In this document: piece after piece, positions 27,705 through 40,881 of the stretch
How the letters are laid out: every line of letters begins with the position of its first letter
Numbering within the stretch: the first letter of the stretch is position 1
NCBI GenBank assembly: GCA_030265395.1
Contig: JARFYF010000007.1
Location: 25,992,913-26,056,912, forward strand
Reading direction: 5' to 3'
Length of the DNA: 64,000 nucleotides
From: Rhina ancylostomus
Taxonomy: Eukaryota
Translations under genes and position numbers: made by a program
The notes under the pieces: model-generated
The model's database searches: none
Seen by the model: the letters and a program-made list of their open reading frames with translations, nothing else
Told to the model about the DNA's origin: nothing

Positions 27705-27806
27705 CCCATTTCCTTTTTGTAAAATAGGCATCAGCACTAGGGTCATTGAAGTGCCGGCTCATCATTGTCTCTGCTCCAGCATGGAAATCATAAGCAAATA
27801 CAAGTG
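27705..27806 (-). CDS. PAN3: PAN3 coding exon (pseudokinase N-lobe)
   Basis: CAG/GTAAG boundaries; 102 nt; (S)LVFAYDFHAGAETMMSRHFNDPSADAYFTKRKW(G). Confidence 0.97.
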
Positions 27807-28039
27807 CTGTAGGAAAAACAAATACATTCTNNNNNCAGGAAAATTACAGTTAAGTAATACTTTTGAGGAAAAAATTGCTATGTTTCAAAAGTGTGCTTTT
27901 CTTAGAATCAATTCTGACTTACAGTAAATACTACAACAAATAAATGAGGTTGAAACCACTTTGAAAACAAAAGGAATTGTACATAAATATTTATAATTTG
28001 CAAATACTTATTTGCATTATGTTCAATAGTTTCTACAGC

Positions 28040-28760
28040 TGATGGAGAATATCCCCAAAATGTCTCATAACTCGGATAAATATGAAGATGCAGAGGGGCT
28101 TCTGGGAAATGTTGACAGGTTAAGTGAATGGATGAGGACACAGAGAAAACATAATGTGAAAAAAAGGTGAAATCATCCACTTTGCCTGAAGAAAAGCAGA
28201 TATATATATTTTTTTAAATGGTTAGAAAGTAAAAGGTGTTGGTGTTCAGAGGGATCTGGCTGTCATCATACACGAGTCCCTGAAAATTAACGTATAGGTA
28301 CAGCAAGCATTAGGACAGCAATGATATTCCTCATGACGATTGCAGAACAAGAATAAAGATAGCCTATTGCAATTACATATCCTCTGGTGAGACCACACCC
28401 AGAACAGTGTGCATAGGTGTGGTTTCTCTTCTTAAGGAAGGATATGTTTATGATAAAGGGAAAGCAATGAAGGTTTACCAGATTCCTGAGATGGTGGGAT
28501 ATTTGTCATAAAATGTGAAATTACATACAGTAGGCCTATACATTTTATAGTTTTAAACACTGGGAGGCAGCTTCACTTAAAACAAAGGTCATTCTTGCTG
28601 GATTTTACAGGGTAGACCCAGGCATAAAGCTTCCCTGGCTAGTGGGTAGTAAATCTTTGGAATTCTCTACCCAAGAGCACTGTGGGAGTTCAGTCCCTCA
28701 GCATATTCAAGAAAGAAATCAATATATTTCGTCTACTATGGAAATCAAGGGATACAAGTT
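28040..28760 (+). mobile_element. Decayed CR1 LINE 3' portion
   Basis: Remnants such as cagagggatctggctgtc, ctggtgagaccacacc and ggaattctctaccc resemble the other CR1 copies here. Confidence 0.6.
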
Positions 28761-29457
28761 GACAGATTCACAAAATCCTAGAGATAATGCTTTCATATTG
28801 CTCATTTATTTTGTATATATATTTTCAAGAATATTTATTAATAAGTTTAAAGCTCATGGCATTATTGACTATGAAAGAAACACAAGGCTCAAGGGGAGAA
28901 AAGTTACAAGGATTTCTCTCCATTACTTACTCTATAAAAGACTTTCCTGATAAACAGAAGGTGTTGACTTAAATCATGGAGATATTTACGTCAGTATCAA
29001 ACTTAAACAGCAGGTCAGTGCAGTCAAGTGCTCCTACAATTCATGTAAAAAGTGAAAGTAAAAGTGACAAAACACTATTGCCAATCTGATTCTCCAGAAG
29101 TTGCCTCTTCCATAAAATTATGTGCAAAATTTCTGCACATCAGAATACTTATGGAGGGATTTATGTATATTTATTCAATCAATGCTAATCTTTCTTTACA
29201 GAAAAGCTTGGTAGGTTGAAATGGTATGCAAATGCTATTGTAGAGCAAAATGTGCCTAGAGGTCTTATAACATGGTATCACCACATTGTCGATGTCAGAT
29301 GTGAAAGCTACTAAAAACAAACTTGTTAATTTAGTCATTTTGAGAATGCGTCTTGGAAGAGGATAAAAAACGCCTCAGTTATAATCTATATATTACAGTT
29401 CTTTCAAAGAATTATGAGAAAATTCAGTGGAAATGGACTGGAATATTAACTACTCAC

Positions 29458-29574
29458 AGTGTTCTCCAAATGCTTTGGTAGTGAATACCTCTCTAAGTGT
29501 TACTGTGTTTGAATGCTGTATCTTCTTCCACATGTCTACTAAGACCATGCACTTTGTGTTAATAAGACGAAAGC
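29458..29574 (-). CDS. PAN3: PAN3 coding exon (pseudokinase N-lobe)
   Basis: CAG/GTGAGT boundaries; 117 nt; (G)FRLINTKCMVLVDMWKKIQHSNTVTLREVFTTKAFGEH(S). Confidence 0.97.
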
Positions 29575-29930
29575 CTGGAAATTAATCAAAGCACCAAATT
29601 AAAACTATGCCCTTTTAATGTTAGGACCTAGCCCAGTATTTTTGTTGATAAGGGTCCAAGTTACATTTGAACAGTTTGAACTTACTTTATGTGCACAGAG
29701 CTGAACTGTAGTGCTTTTGAGATGGTTATGTTCAATAAAAACCGAACAAGATTACATCACTTAACTTTCCAAAACTAACAATGGTCAACTCCACAGCAGC
29801 TGCATTTCTGACCTCAAACATACAAATGTAATTGGAAATATTTTTCTGCAATACATAGTTATTGAAAACAACCCTAACAGAATAATGACAAACAGTTAGT
29901 ATGCAATGATCGAAAGTTGAATTTCCTTAC

Positions 29931-30089
29931 CATGTATCCTGCGAAGGCAGTATGGGAGATCATCTTTGCTATTGATAGCTTTGTAACATGAAGTAATGAA
30001 ACCAAAATTACTTGTTTTTTGTAGCCGGTTAGCTGGTGGGGGCTCCAAAGGAAAAAGACTGTGGTAACTGTCCACTTCAGTTGGAAACC
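29931..30089 (-). CDS. PAN3: PAN3 coding exon (start of pseudokinase)
   Basis: TAG/GTAAG boundaries; 159 nt; (G)FPTEVDSYHSLFPLEPPPANRLQKTSNFGFITSCYKAINSKDDLPYCLRRIH(G). Confidence 0.97.
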
Positions 30090-31349
30090 CTAAAGCAGAA
30101 ACAATAGATTACTCTAATAAGCAGAAATCAAACTAGTCCATACTAAATACACCAACAATCAAAAGTTCATTTTTTCCATTTACCATTGAGTAACTAAAAA
30201 GGTATTTCAGCCACATACTTTAGCATAATTAACAAATCCATTAAAACAAACTCAACATTATTGCAATCCAGAATTACGCTCCTCCTCTAAAGCCTGAGAC
30301 TGCGAATAGCTGAGTCTTACAAGACAATGAAAGCCCCAGAATAGATGTTGAGTGTTCTGATAAACTAGACTCAGCCAAATAACTGTAGGATACAAATGGA
30401 ATTGAGATCCCCGAGCACAGGAAGACATAAAACCCTGGCTCAGACCAGATCATCTAAAAAACCACAGTTCCCACTTATGAACACCATATTAACTAGCAAT
30501 TCCTGCTGGCAGAACAGCACTTTAGCACATAACAGTGCTTTCAGAAGTTAGGATGCTTAAAGAAAGATCAAAAAGGGGGTAAGTAAAAGGAATTTAGAAC
30601 TGAGCATATGAAACTGTGCACCCAAGTAGAAAACACATTTGATAGTCAAATTCAACCATGAAAGCTTTGAAAAACTAAGCAACTTAATAGTCAGTAACAT
30701 CAGTTACGTAAAAATTTGAAAATTTACAATTATAAGTAACTGAATTTATAATTCTATAATTCTACAATAAATATTTCAAGACAATTGTGCTTTTAAAGCC
30801 AAACAAAATAAGCTCTCAAAAATTATTTTTCTTCTACTATTGAACAGTGTTAAAGGTCTCCTTTTTTCATATACATCCCATTGCTTATAAAACTATCATA
30901 AGACTACTGCCCTTTCCAACTAGTCTCCAAGCTTCACATTTTCTCAAAGTTCCTAAATGTATGTAAAAGCTCCAGTCAAGTTTCTGCAAGTGCTCCTGCA
31001 CNNNNNNNNNNCCTGCACCATAAATGTCAATAATACTTTCTTTCATATTGTTGTATTCTGCCTCTTCGTCTTCCTGCAACCTAAAATAAAGGGCATTATC
31101 TCTCTCCTACATCTCAACTCAATTGTCCACACAGGGGAACTGACTTCAACTTTTATCATCTAACCGTAACCAAATCACCCCGACAAAGATTTTTCTTCAT
31201 ATCAGTTACCTCTTTCACTTCTCAACTCCCTCATTAACTTGCTGTTACTCAGTCAAAATCCATAAACTGAGGAAATAAAAACAGCAAAATCTTTCCACCT
31301 TTCCAAAATCCTTATGGACAAAAGAGCAAAGTTGGACAAGCCCCAACAC

Positions 31350-31412
31350 TCATCTGCTGAACACTGGGAAGGGTGATGTCATCTGCTGAACACTGGGTAG
31401 GGTGAAGTCATC
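31350..31412. repeat. 2 x 29 bp tandem duplication
   Basis: tcatctgctgaacactggg(a/t)agggtga(t/a)g repeated twice with 2 mismatches. Confidence 0.9.
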
Positions 31413-33592
31413 ATCCTAGCCCGTCACTAATTCTACACCCTCACTATCAATTCCATCCAACTCCCCAATCACACTCCTATGCTGAACTGGACTGCATAAG
31501 CAACAAACTAGTTACTAACAATCTTTAATATTAAAAACATAAACTGCACAATATACTCAGAAGAACTGGCTGTAATTGCAAGGAAAAATTCACATTAGAG
31601 GCTAATGAATGTCATGAACTTGAATTGTTAACTCAGAACTATGTGAAATCTTGGTGTCCTACATAACTCCAAACTGAATATCAGACCCCATGCCCGTCCT
31701 AGCACAAAAGATGACATATGCCCTACTCCATGACATTAACAGTTCTGCCCATCCTCAACCATCTGCTGTTACAATCCATTTACAGATCTGCAACTAGTCT
31801 TATTGTCCTTTTGATGACCACCCATCATTAATCTACTGTAAACTTCATCTAAAAATGATATTTATCTTTCCACCTGTCTTCTAGCACACTACTCACACCT
31901 ACCCTTCAAAGTTAAATTCTTAAATTGTTAATGGATAGAATTCTGGATATCAGTTACCTTTTTCTACAACCACTACTTTAACTGGATGATTCAAACATAT
32001 ATTTGAGTCCAGATATAGGTTCTTTGCTCCGCTGCTAGTAGCCATGCCTTCAGACACGTGAACCACAGGCAATAGAATTCATTTCCAAAAACTCCACCTC
32101 TTGGTCTACCAGGAAAACCTTCCTTAAAATCCAATTTCTTGACAATTACCACTTTTAATAACACCACGTTTGGCTTAGTGTTTTTGATTATGCTATCAGG
32201 AAGGACTTTGGGATGTTTACCTACATTGAAGGCAATAGCTTTTGCAGAGGCTAATGAAAGGTCCATTAATTTTAAAACCCTATTCAAACAAAATAGAGGG
32301 CAGTATTTTAACAAAAAAAAACCTAATGACAGAATTGATTACGTTTTATGTATACACAATTTATATTGCATATAAACTAACTGAAGGAAATTACTCTTTG
32401 CTCTGTTATATGTCACAACACACAAATCAAGAGTTCACTGAAGTTACAAAGCCCAAATGGATATCTATCTATGCTGGAGGTGGTGAATGCATTTTCATTT
32501 TTTGTTTACTTGGAGTAAAAAAGGTGAGAACTATTTCCTAATTATTGTGCAATAATATCCCAGTTTCAGTACCGTTAACAGAGGAAAAATAAAATCAGGA
32601 ATCTATACAACCTTGAAGTCACAGTATTTTTACCATTAGCATTTGGTCCTGTGGCATTATTATAAGTATTTACTGTACACATTTTAAATTTGTGGAATCC
32701 AAAATGAATACTGGCATGCATATTGTTTACTTGTTGACAGCTCAAAATATCCTGCTGCAATTCACAATTATAAACTTCAGCTGAAATACTTCAGTTTCTC
32801 TTTCAGAAGTAGACTTCTTTTCACTACCAGCCAGACAAAGTTTTGGAAATTAAGGGCTAGATTTTGCTGATGAAATCTCATTTGGTGAATACCCTGCAAA
32901 ACTCTGCTGGTGATTTTCCAGTTATGCTCTTTTGCCTGACTCCACATGCAGTCCGATGATGGAGCAGGAGCTTGCTGAAATTGCCTAACAATTACACTAA
33001 GAAATCTGCTCTCAGACCCTTTGCTAGGTTAGAGATGGCACAGGTTCCAAGAGTTTATTCAATTGATTAATGACCACAGGGCCATAGCAAAGGAGATATG
33101 AATAAGGTAAATTACTTTATCAAAGTATACATTTGTTTTTGATTTATTATTTCTGATTATTTAAAAACATTTTATTTATTCATAATTTTAAAATTCTTTA
33201 TCATTTATGCTTTTGAAATTCAGAAGCACTACACAAAAGAACAATAACAGCCTTGATAGATGGCTTCCTTTGCACCACTCATCTCATGTTGTTCAAGGAC
33301 CAGATGCCACTTTATTGCTCAGCTTCAGGACCTTCTCAGCCAGTAAGATTGACTTTACAGATTAGAAGAAAGTAAGTTCAAGAACATGCAGAATGTAAGC
33401 AGTGACTGCAAGGGTGAGCCTGGCTCAGGAAAAAAATTAGGCCTACAACTTTAAATTACTTTGATGATTTTTTTTAGAAATACTTTTAGGTGCACAGAAA
33501 GTAGATAGGTATATATTTCAAATATATAACACACTCCAATGTCCCTTGGTGAATTCTGCAAAACAAGTGTCAAATGTTTAAATCAATCTTAC

Positions 33593-33650
33593 CTGGATTT
33601 TCAGTTTGGTCAATTTGTGCCATAGTTATTAAATGCTTGTGGATCAACTC
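33593..33650 (-). CDS. PAN3: PAN3 coding exon
   Basis: TAG/GTAAG boundaries; 58 nt; ELIHKHLITMAQIDQTENP(G). Confidence 0.95.
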
Positions 33651-33796
33651 CTACAAAGAGACATTAATACATTACACAGATTGGTTTCATTCTTTATAAC
33701 CTTACCCGTTGCAGACAAGAAAGAATATAACAAGTGGCAACAGTGATAACGTGTGGGTCAGCAGCTTCTTGCTTTGTGATGCAGCAGAATTTATAT

Positions 33797-33870
33797 AGGC
33801 AATCCCTGGATTACGTAAGGGTTCCATTCCCGTGAACTGTCAGTAGAATGATTTTTCCATAAGTCAGAAA
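33797..33870. mobile_element. End fragment of the Tigger/pogo-like MITE family seen at 41595
   Basis: taggcaatccctggattacgtaagggttc...aagtcagaa resembles caggcagtccccaggttacacaagggttc...aagtcagaa. Confidence 0.45.
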
Positions 33871-36314
33871 CAAACAATTTCAATGAGAGTTGATCAACAT
33901 GAATATTTATCATCTTTCCCATAGTTATGATGGTACAGAATCAAAATGTGCCACATCTAATGGCTAGTTTTGATGGCCTTGGAGTATCAATGGACGTTAC
34001 ATTGTTTGAGAAAGTATTTTACAGGTGTCAGTTTCCAATGCAAATATCTTAAATACCCACCTGTTGTGAACCAGCAGCCTACATTCTTAAAGACAATGGT
34101 GTCTGATTACTGCGTGGAGGTTACATGATTATTTTTGAAGAATGGTTGTCTTTTGAATTAACTAGCTGCTACCCCTATTCCCTAATTCCCGAAGATGTTT
34201 GCATTTCTGTAATAAACTTTCCTATCTGGAAAGATTCTTTTAACAATTTAATCAGTTGGATTTCCATAAAACAAGTCTTTAATAATCTTGAGAAATTTGC
34301 AAAATTTATGAACTTCAACTTGCTGTGGCACTCCACCTCCATCCCCCGTTCACCCTTGCACACCATTTCAATAACAACCTAATCTTTATCTCATATTTCA
34401 GCCCTGGACTCATTAACTTCATTAAATGCATGAAAAACCCAGGTATTATTTCCATAATCAGGTTGCCTAAATTTGTTCCCTCTATATCCTGCTTACCATC
34501 TACCTTGCACTTTCCTGTGATATTTTCCCATGCAGGATCAAAACAGTCATTCCTGCCATCATCTTAAACTTTTCATCACCTTTGATTACTGCTCTACCTC
34601 AAGCTTTCCTCTTTCAAACCCTGTGTTGCAACTATGTACAACAATTTCCATGAATACCCTTATAAGAGTCTACAGTCCAAGTTCATGCCTTGCACTTTTC
34701 AAACATGAAATATCATTTGTTCGTCATCTGTTCAACCAGTATTTCATCCACAAACCTTAGGTTTCAGAATCCTGCTAAAGAGGTTAATCTACAAACAATT
34801 TTTCAGCCACTTACTTTTCAGCCATTAAAGTCTCTTTTCAAAGTGACAAAAGGTGATCCAGGCACCATGACAGACAACAACTTATTTTTTGTTATCATGC
34901 AAGGTCCTGCAAACATGCAGGGCTATAATGCATGTTATTGATGTGCCATGGATGTGAATTTTATTAAATACTAATTTAGTTTTGCAAGTTAAAGCATTTC
35001 TTCCCCTCAAACTCTCACTGGCAACAATGTTTAAAACTGTGGAATGGGAATGAGTATTTATGTTGCAGCATGGCCTGATTCATCATACAGTGAGGCCCAT
35101 GCATTGGGCAGCAGATACATGGGCCTGGCACTACAGCACATAATCTTAGTTGGCAGGGCATTTGCTCCAAGGAGGAAGTGATGACAGATACTTGACTTTC
35201 TGTCTGTATCCACTAGATAATCCTTCCAGCCTACTACCATCTGAGACCCCCACAACCACTGTTGCCACGTTCAGTATTCTGAACTCACTGCTGAATTTTC
35301 AATAGGACATGCTGTCACCTCTTCTGCTGGGCAACTGAAGGGAGGTAATTATTGGGGCTAGAGGAAATACAGATGAGGCACTGTTCTGGGGGTCATGTGC
35401 TTTTACCTTTTTGAGCAGTCTCCCACATTGCTTTACTGAAGTCTATATAGACTACATCAACCGCACAACATACTTGTACAGCTCCTCGAAAAATTCAATC
35501 AAATTAGTCAGACAGAATTTCTTGTTAAACTCATGCAACTGATCAACCCATGCAGATTAATCCTGCCCCTCAGAAATTTTTTTTTCAGTTACTTCCCTTC
35601 CGCTGACTTTAGTTAGTGTCAACTAACATAACATCATATTATGAAAGATATCCAGTGCTGACGAACAAGATTTCTTTAAATGATATAATCCAAAGGCTGC
35701 ATTGTGACTGAGGGGGCCCTCCATATCAAACAAGTACCTTGTTGGTAAACCAAATGCTTTGGGTACAAGGTACCTGGAAATAAAAGCAGCAAATGCTAAA
35801 AATGAGTCAGGCAGCATGTATGGATAAAGAAACAGAACTAATGTTGATTACCTTCCGCAAAACTAGGCAACAGTAGAAAATAAACATGTTTTAAATAGGA
35901 CACAAGGGGAAGGGGTGGAAAAATAAAAGCAACAGAATGTAGACCAAAAAAGACAAAAGACAAGTCGTGGTGGTGTTGGATGTGAGAGGGTGGTTAATTA
36001 TATGACAACTATTTTTGTAATTACGAGGACAACGTGGCAACATTTGACTGAACATGACAGAATATTTTTCACTTGCTGGAAGAAAAGCAAGCCAACAGAG
36101 CACCCCATCTATTATGGTAAATATTTATTCCTTCCACCACTGTACACTGTGCAAAGCATCCACAAAATGTACTTAATCACCTATGCTACCCTAACAGCAC
36201 TTCCTGAACCTGCAACTTCTACCAGCAAACAGGACAAGGACAGTAGGCACATGAGAACATTGCTACCTGCAGGTTCCCATTGAAGTATTACACCACCCTC
36301 ATTTTGAAATATAT

Positions 36315-36564
36315 TGTAGCGACTTACCGTTAATGAATTGGCTCCCATGATCGCAAGCGTCGGAGGCCCCGATCCAAGATGGCGTGGGGCACTCCTTCTT
36401 CGTTGGGCTAGGAAAGCCCATGCGCAGGAAGGTCACGTGTCTCACGCATGACGTCAGCGCGGGAACTGTGAGTATTAAAGGGGCAGTGTGTCCTGGTCGT
36501 TCATTCGACCCTTTGATTTCAAACAAGTGTCTCGTGTCTTTATTCAGCGTAGCTAGCTGTTACA
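36315..36564 (+). repeat. 5' LTR
   Basis: Starts TGTAGC and ends GTTACA; direct repeat of 38060-38316. Confidence 0.92.
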
Positions 36565-36565
36565 T

Positions 36566-36579
36566 TGGTGACCCCGACG
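36566..36579 (+). promoter_or_regulatory. Primer binding site complementary to the tRNA-Trp 3' end
   Basis: TGGTGACCCCGACG, 1 nt after the LTR; complement of ...CGUCGGGGUCACCA of vertebrate tRNA-Trp. Confidence 0.85.
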
Positions 36580-36604
36580 GGCCCCAAACATTTTTGGACC
36601 CACA

Positions 36605-37270
36605 ATGTCTGCACAACAAGAGGTACTGGCAGTAGCCCTTAAACTGCCCACCTTCTGGACCCTCCGGCCTCGTGACTGGTTCGACCAGGCCGAGGCCCAG
36701 TTCCAGATTCACCAGATCACCAGGGATGACACCAAGTATCACTACGTGGTGAGCACCCTCGACCGAGACACCACACCACCGGTGGAGGACTTTATTAGCC
36801 CCCGGAGGATAAAGTTCAAAACCCTCCTTCTTCGGATTTTTGGCCTTTCCCAACGCGAACAGTCCTCCCGCCTCCTCCACCTCGATGGGTTGGGTGACAG
36901 ACCCCCCTCCGCGCTCATGAACAAGATGTTGGCCCTGGCAGATGGCCACAAATCCTGCCTAATGTTTGAGCAGGTGTTTCTGGAACAGTTACCTCACGAC
37001 ATCCACCTGCTCCTAGCGGATGCAGATTTCAGCACCCCAGGGAGGTGGCTGACCGTGCTGATGTCCTTTGGAGGACGAAGGAGAGTGGGGCGTCTGTCGA
37101 GCACATAGACACGCCACATACCCAGCGGCCCAGCTGGCCAGACCCGGCAATTAACCACACCCCACCCGCCACCAGGTTTGAGACTTCGACCGACCAATGG
37201 TGTTTCTACCACCAGTGGTCGGACGCAGACGCCCACAGGTGCCGACCACCATCCAGGCTTCCGGGAAACA
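36605..37270 (+). pseudogene. Gag-like ORF of the LTR element (frameshift near 37040)
   Basis: LKLPTFWTLRPRDWFDQAEAQFQIHQITRDDTKYHYVVSTL, LGDRPPSALM; in the next frame WCFYHQWSDADAHRCRPPS = C-X2-H-X9-C-X3-(C>S). Confidence 0.85.
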
Positions 37271-37289
37271 CCAGGGCCAGCCACCGCTG

Positions 37290-37895
37290 GATAACCTCTT
37301 GCATGTGTGGGACAGGCATTCCAGTCGCCGTTTCCTAGTTGATCCCAGAGCCGAGATCAGCGTCATGCCTCCCAACAGCCATGAGACTTGCAACCACGCA
37401 CCAGGACCTGCCCTCCAAGCCACCAACAGCAGTGCCATCTGCACCTTTGGCACCCGTTCGGTACAACTCCAGTTTGGCACCAGCAACTTCACCTGGATAT
37501 TCACCCTGGTCGGCCGTCGCCGACTTGTGGGGTTCTCAAATCCATCTCACCACCGCCTATCATCTGCAATCCAATGGGCTGGTAGAGATCGGCACTCATG
37601 GCTCGCCTTATGGGACCCAACTGGGTGGACAAGCTCCCCTGGGTCCTGCCGGTGATACACACCGCACCAAAAGAGGACCCGAATGCCTCATCCACAGAAA
37701 TGCTTGACGGAATGCCCTTGGTAGTCCCGGGCGAGTTCTTAACAGCCCCTCGGGGGCCAGAGGAAGCACCTACTGTGACGCTTGACCAGCTGCACGAACG
37801 GATTAGCAACCTGGCCCCAATTCCCACCTCGTGACACAGACGGACCCCAAACCGTATGCCGACATCCCTCAGAGGCTGCAAGTTTGTCTTCGTCA
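37290..37895 (+). pseudogene. Aspartic protease remnant fused by deletion to the integrase C-terminal part
   Basis: RRFLVDPRAEISVMP (decayed D-T-G-A site), then LWGSQIHLTTAYHLQSNGLVE and WVDKLPWVLPVIHTAPKED (integrase TTxYHPQxNGxVE block). Confidence 0.8.
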
Positions 37896-38059
37896 NNNNN
37901 NNNNNNNNNNNNNNNNNNNNNNNNNNNNNNNNNNNNNNNNNNNNNNNNNNNNNNNNNNNNNNNNNNNNNNNNNNNNNNNNNNNNNNNNNNNNNNNCTGGT
38001 TTTCATGATGGTATCGCCGGTTCTGGGGGGGTGGGGTGGGGGGCGGGGGCGGTTGGTTA

Positions 38060-38316
38060 TGTAGCAACTTACTGTTAACGAACCGGCTCCTGCGATCACG
38101 AGCATTGTTAGAGGCCCCAATCCAAGATGGTGCGGGGCACTCCTCCTTCTTCATTGGACTAGGAAAGCTTGTGCACGGGAAGGTCATGTGACCCGCAAGT
38201 GACGTCAGTGCAGGAACTGTGAGTATTAAAAGGGGCAGCGCACCCCGGTCGATCATTCAACCCTTTGATTTCAAACAAGTGTCTCGTGTCTTTATTCAGC
38301 GTAGTTAGCCACTACA
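38060..38316 (+). repeat. 3' LTR
   Basis: Starts TGTAGC after the G-tract and ends ACTACA. Confidence 0.92.
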
Positions 38317-39232
38317 ATACCATCTTTCCTTCATTAATGAAGAGTCTAATTCCTGAAACTCCCTCCCCTACAGCACTGTGATTAGCTACACCAGGTAGGC
38401 AATAAATTAGTCTTGCTAATAACACCCACTTTCTGAAAATGACAGGTTTATAAAAATTTTAAAAAAACTGACAAGTAAATCTGAATCAAAGCCTACAAGA
38501 CTGCTTTCAATTTTATAAGTTGGATAAGTTTATCACTGCATCTCAAAGTATAGCTCATGATTCTAAATTATGAATTTACGTTAATGTCTCTAGTTGTGAC
38601 AACAAAAATACTTTGAAGTGAAGTATCAAAATTCAGAACACTTTCATTGCTTATTATTGCAATTTCTTGCACCACAAATAGGCAGGGATGAAATATTACT
38701 TTTAAAAAAGTTTCCAACTTTTAAAAGCAAGCAAAACAAATTTCAAATGAGAATTCTGAAATCTTAAACCTGAACTATGACAAGCATCCTGGACTCCATT
38801 GTATATTACTTAATATTCTGATGCTGAATTGCATTGCAAATAGATAAATTATTTCAGGAACTGCTTATTCAGTGCTAGCAAATGTATTCTTGCATACATT
38901 TTGGTCCCCTTTCTATATTCATCAAATCCATTAACAGTTTGTACATGACCCACCTTTTATTATTGGGCTGTCCAGTAACCCAATTATATACATTCCAGTT
39001 TGATTTATGTCAGATCAGCAAATTGTATCTGGAAGTGGGTCAGGTACTTGACCAGCTCCTTCCCTTCAACTTTTCAGGAAAATATCCTTACTGATTGTGG
39101 TCCTTCATCCATGGTGACACTAAGAGTATTATTTACACATCAACCAAATGCTTGGTTTGTTGCAAAGCACTTCAGTTTGTATATATTTTTTAAAAAAATC
39201 ACAATGCTACATTAAGAGTATATTCAATTTAC

Positions 39233-39334
39233 CTGTCTGAGTTCATCAGATAGAAAAAAAGAAGGCGCATTTGCTTTGGGCTGCATATAAGCAACGTGGG
39301 GTGCAGATGAAGGATAAATATATGTTGGAAATAC
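39233..39334 (-). CDS. PAN3: PAN3 coding exon
   Basis: CAG/GTAAA boundaries; 102 nt; VFPTYIYPSSAPHVAYMQPKANAPSFFLSDELRQ. Confidence 0.96.
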
Positions 39335-39629
39335 CTGGAAAACAAAGAAACCTGATAATCAACTGCATAATTTTACTGTATCTGCTAAGCGTATCAACAT
39401 TTTGATTATTTTAAGTATACTGAGTATTTTGCAGTTATGGCAGAAAATATAATTCAAAATCTTGCTTAACAATCTAATTAGTTGTTACAAATTTAGCTTG
39501 CACTTGCTCTACAGAATAAACGAAATGAGCAACTTGCTTTCATTTTAACAATACCCCATTCCAAGTTCATTTTCTGCTGCATTGCAAGCACGTGATTTGC
39601 AGTATTTAACAAAAAAAGTGTCTACACAC

Positions 39630-39877
39630 CATTCCTGGAAGAGGTCCTGGAGTTGTGTCAGTATAGAAGTAAGTTGTCCCTCCCACAGTTTCTTTTTGTA
39701 TCACCTGACCAGAAGATGAAGACTGAGAGACTGCATCAGACACTGGTGTAGAGGCACTAGTAGCTACCATGAAATTTGCTGGATTTGGAGTATGGCTCCT
39801 TCTTCGAGGGGCAGGCGATGTGTGAGGAGTTATTTTTGGAGAGTGCAGAGGAGATGATCCAGCTGATAAGGACATTC
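39630..39877 (-). CDS. PAN3: PAN3 coding exon (Ser/Pro-rich N-terminal region)
   Basis: CAG acceptor and GTGTGT donor; 248 nt; (G)MSLSAGSSPLHSPKITPHTSPAPRRRSHTPNPANFMV...GQVIQKETVGGTTYFYTDTTPGPLPGM (ORF track 39606-39890). Confidence 0.96.
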
Positions 39878-40881
39878 CTGTAAAGTTCAATATCTTTGTT
39901 ATTAAATTATCTTCACCACTTCTTTTACTAACTAGCAGATAGAAGCAAATGTCATTATGAACATAGCATTTGTGAATATATTTCTTTAAAAAAGGTATTC
40001 TATATTGGACATACTTTTAGAAGTAATGCTCATTACTAATTAAACTGAATCCATTATGACATCATCATCAACTTTTCCTTCTAGGCCTCTGGGCTATTTT
40101 CCAATCTAGAACATTATACGAGTTAGAATCCATGATCAAGTGACAAAGCTGACTATCACTATCAAAGATGACAAATCAGACAGAAATTCCTAGACAGCAA
40201 TCATGTAAAACTATAGATAAATAGACTGGATTTCACAATGATCTCTTGCATCCATCACCTTTTCTAAGGGGCAAAAACACAGATCATTTGTAACATGACA
40301 AACTAAAGATATTGACAGTTAAACAACTATCTTTAATACAAAATTATGAAAAAGTGTATTAAATTAGACTTTAACCGGGAGGTGTCAGATATGTTCCAAA
40401 CTACAACAACAAATTGTTACAATCAGCAGCACAGGAACCACCTGTGGAAAGAAAATAAAGTGAATGTACAAGGCTGATACCCTTTCAAAGTAGAGGAATA
40501 TCCTTGTATAGACAAGCAGGGAAATTAAAGGATAAAACAAGTGGTGGTACAGGACTAAAAAGGGACAGGAAATGAAAGATATGTCCAGATTATGTGTTAT
40601 TGCCAATTAGCAGGGCAATTACCAACAGTGGTAGATTGGAAAATAGAAGCTGCGACTATGATCTGAAATTGCTGAACTCAATTTTAAATTCAGCAGATTG
40701 CAAAATCCTTAAATGAATAATGCAGTAATATTCATCAAGCTTCTGTTCAGCTTTATTATAACAATGCAAGAAAACAGAAAAGGTAAGGTCAAAAATATTG
40801 CAAATGTTCAAAATATGAAATAATAAACCTCTGGAAATACTCAACAGCACAGGCAGGATCCAAGGCTGATGACTTTCATCA

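Larger units (their letters stand above)
36315..38316 (+). mobile_element. Internally deleted Gypsy/Ty3 LTR retrotransposon, CsRn1/Kabuki-like (non-autonomous, ~2 kb)
   Basis: Two ~250 bp TG...CA LTRs (36315-36564, 38060-38316); PBS TGGTGACCCCGACG; G-rich PPT at ~38026-38052; flanks ATAT/ATAC (4-bp TSD, 1 mismatch); gag, protease and integrase C-terminal remnants, no RT/RNaseH. Confidence 0.92.

Noticed and set aside
33651-33706. Extra micro-intron from a CGG|GTAAGG donor just upstream of the 58-nt exon
   Set aside because: The implied intron is only 55 nt, unusually short for a vertebrate, and no PAN3 residues are missing at this junction.
36605-37108. Domesticated gag gene
   Set aside because: It still lies between LTRs with a PBS and PPT, is frameshifted before the zinc knuckle and has a mutated last Cys; there is no sign of domestication.
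39606-39890. Standalone 94-aa ORF
   Set aside because: It is a PAN3 internal exon plus a few intronic codons on each side.
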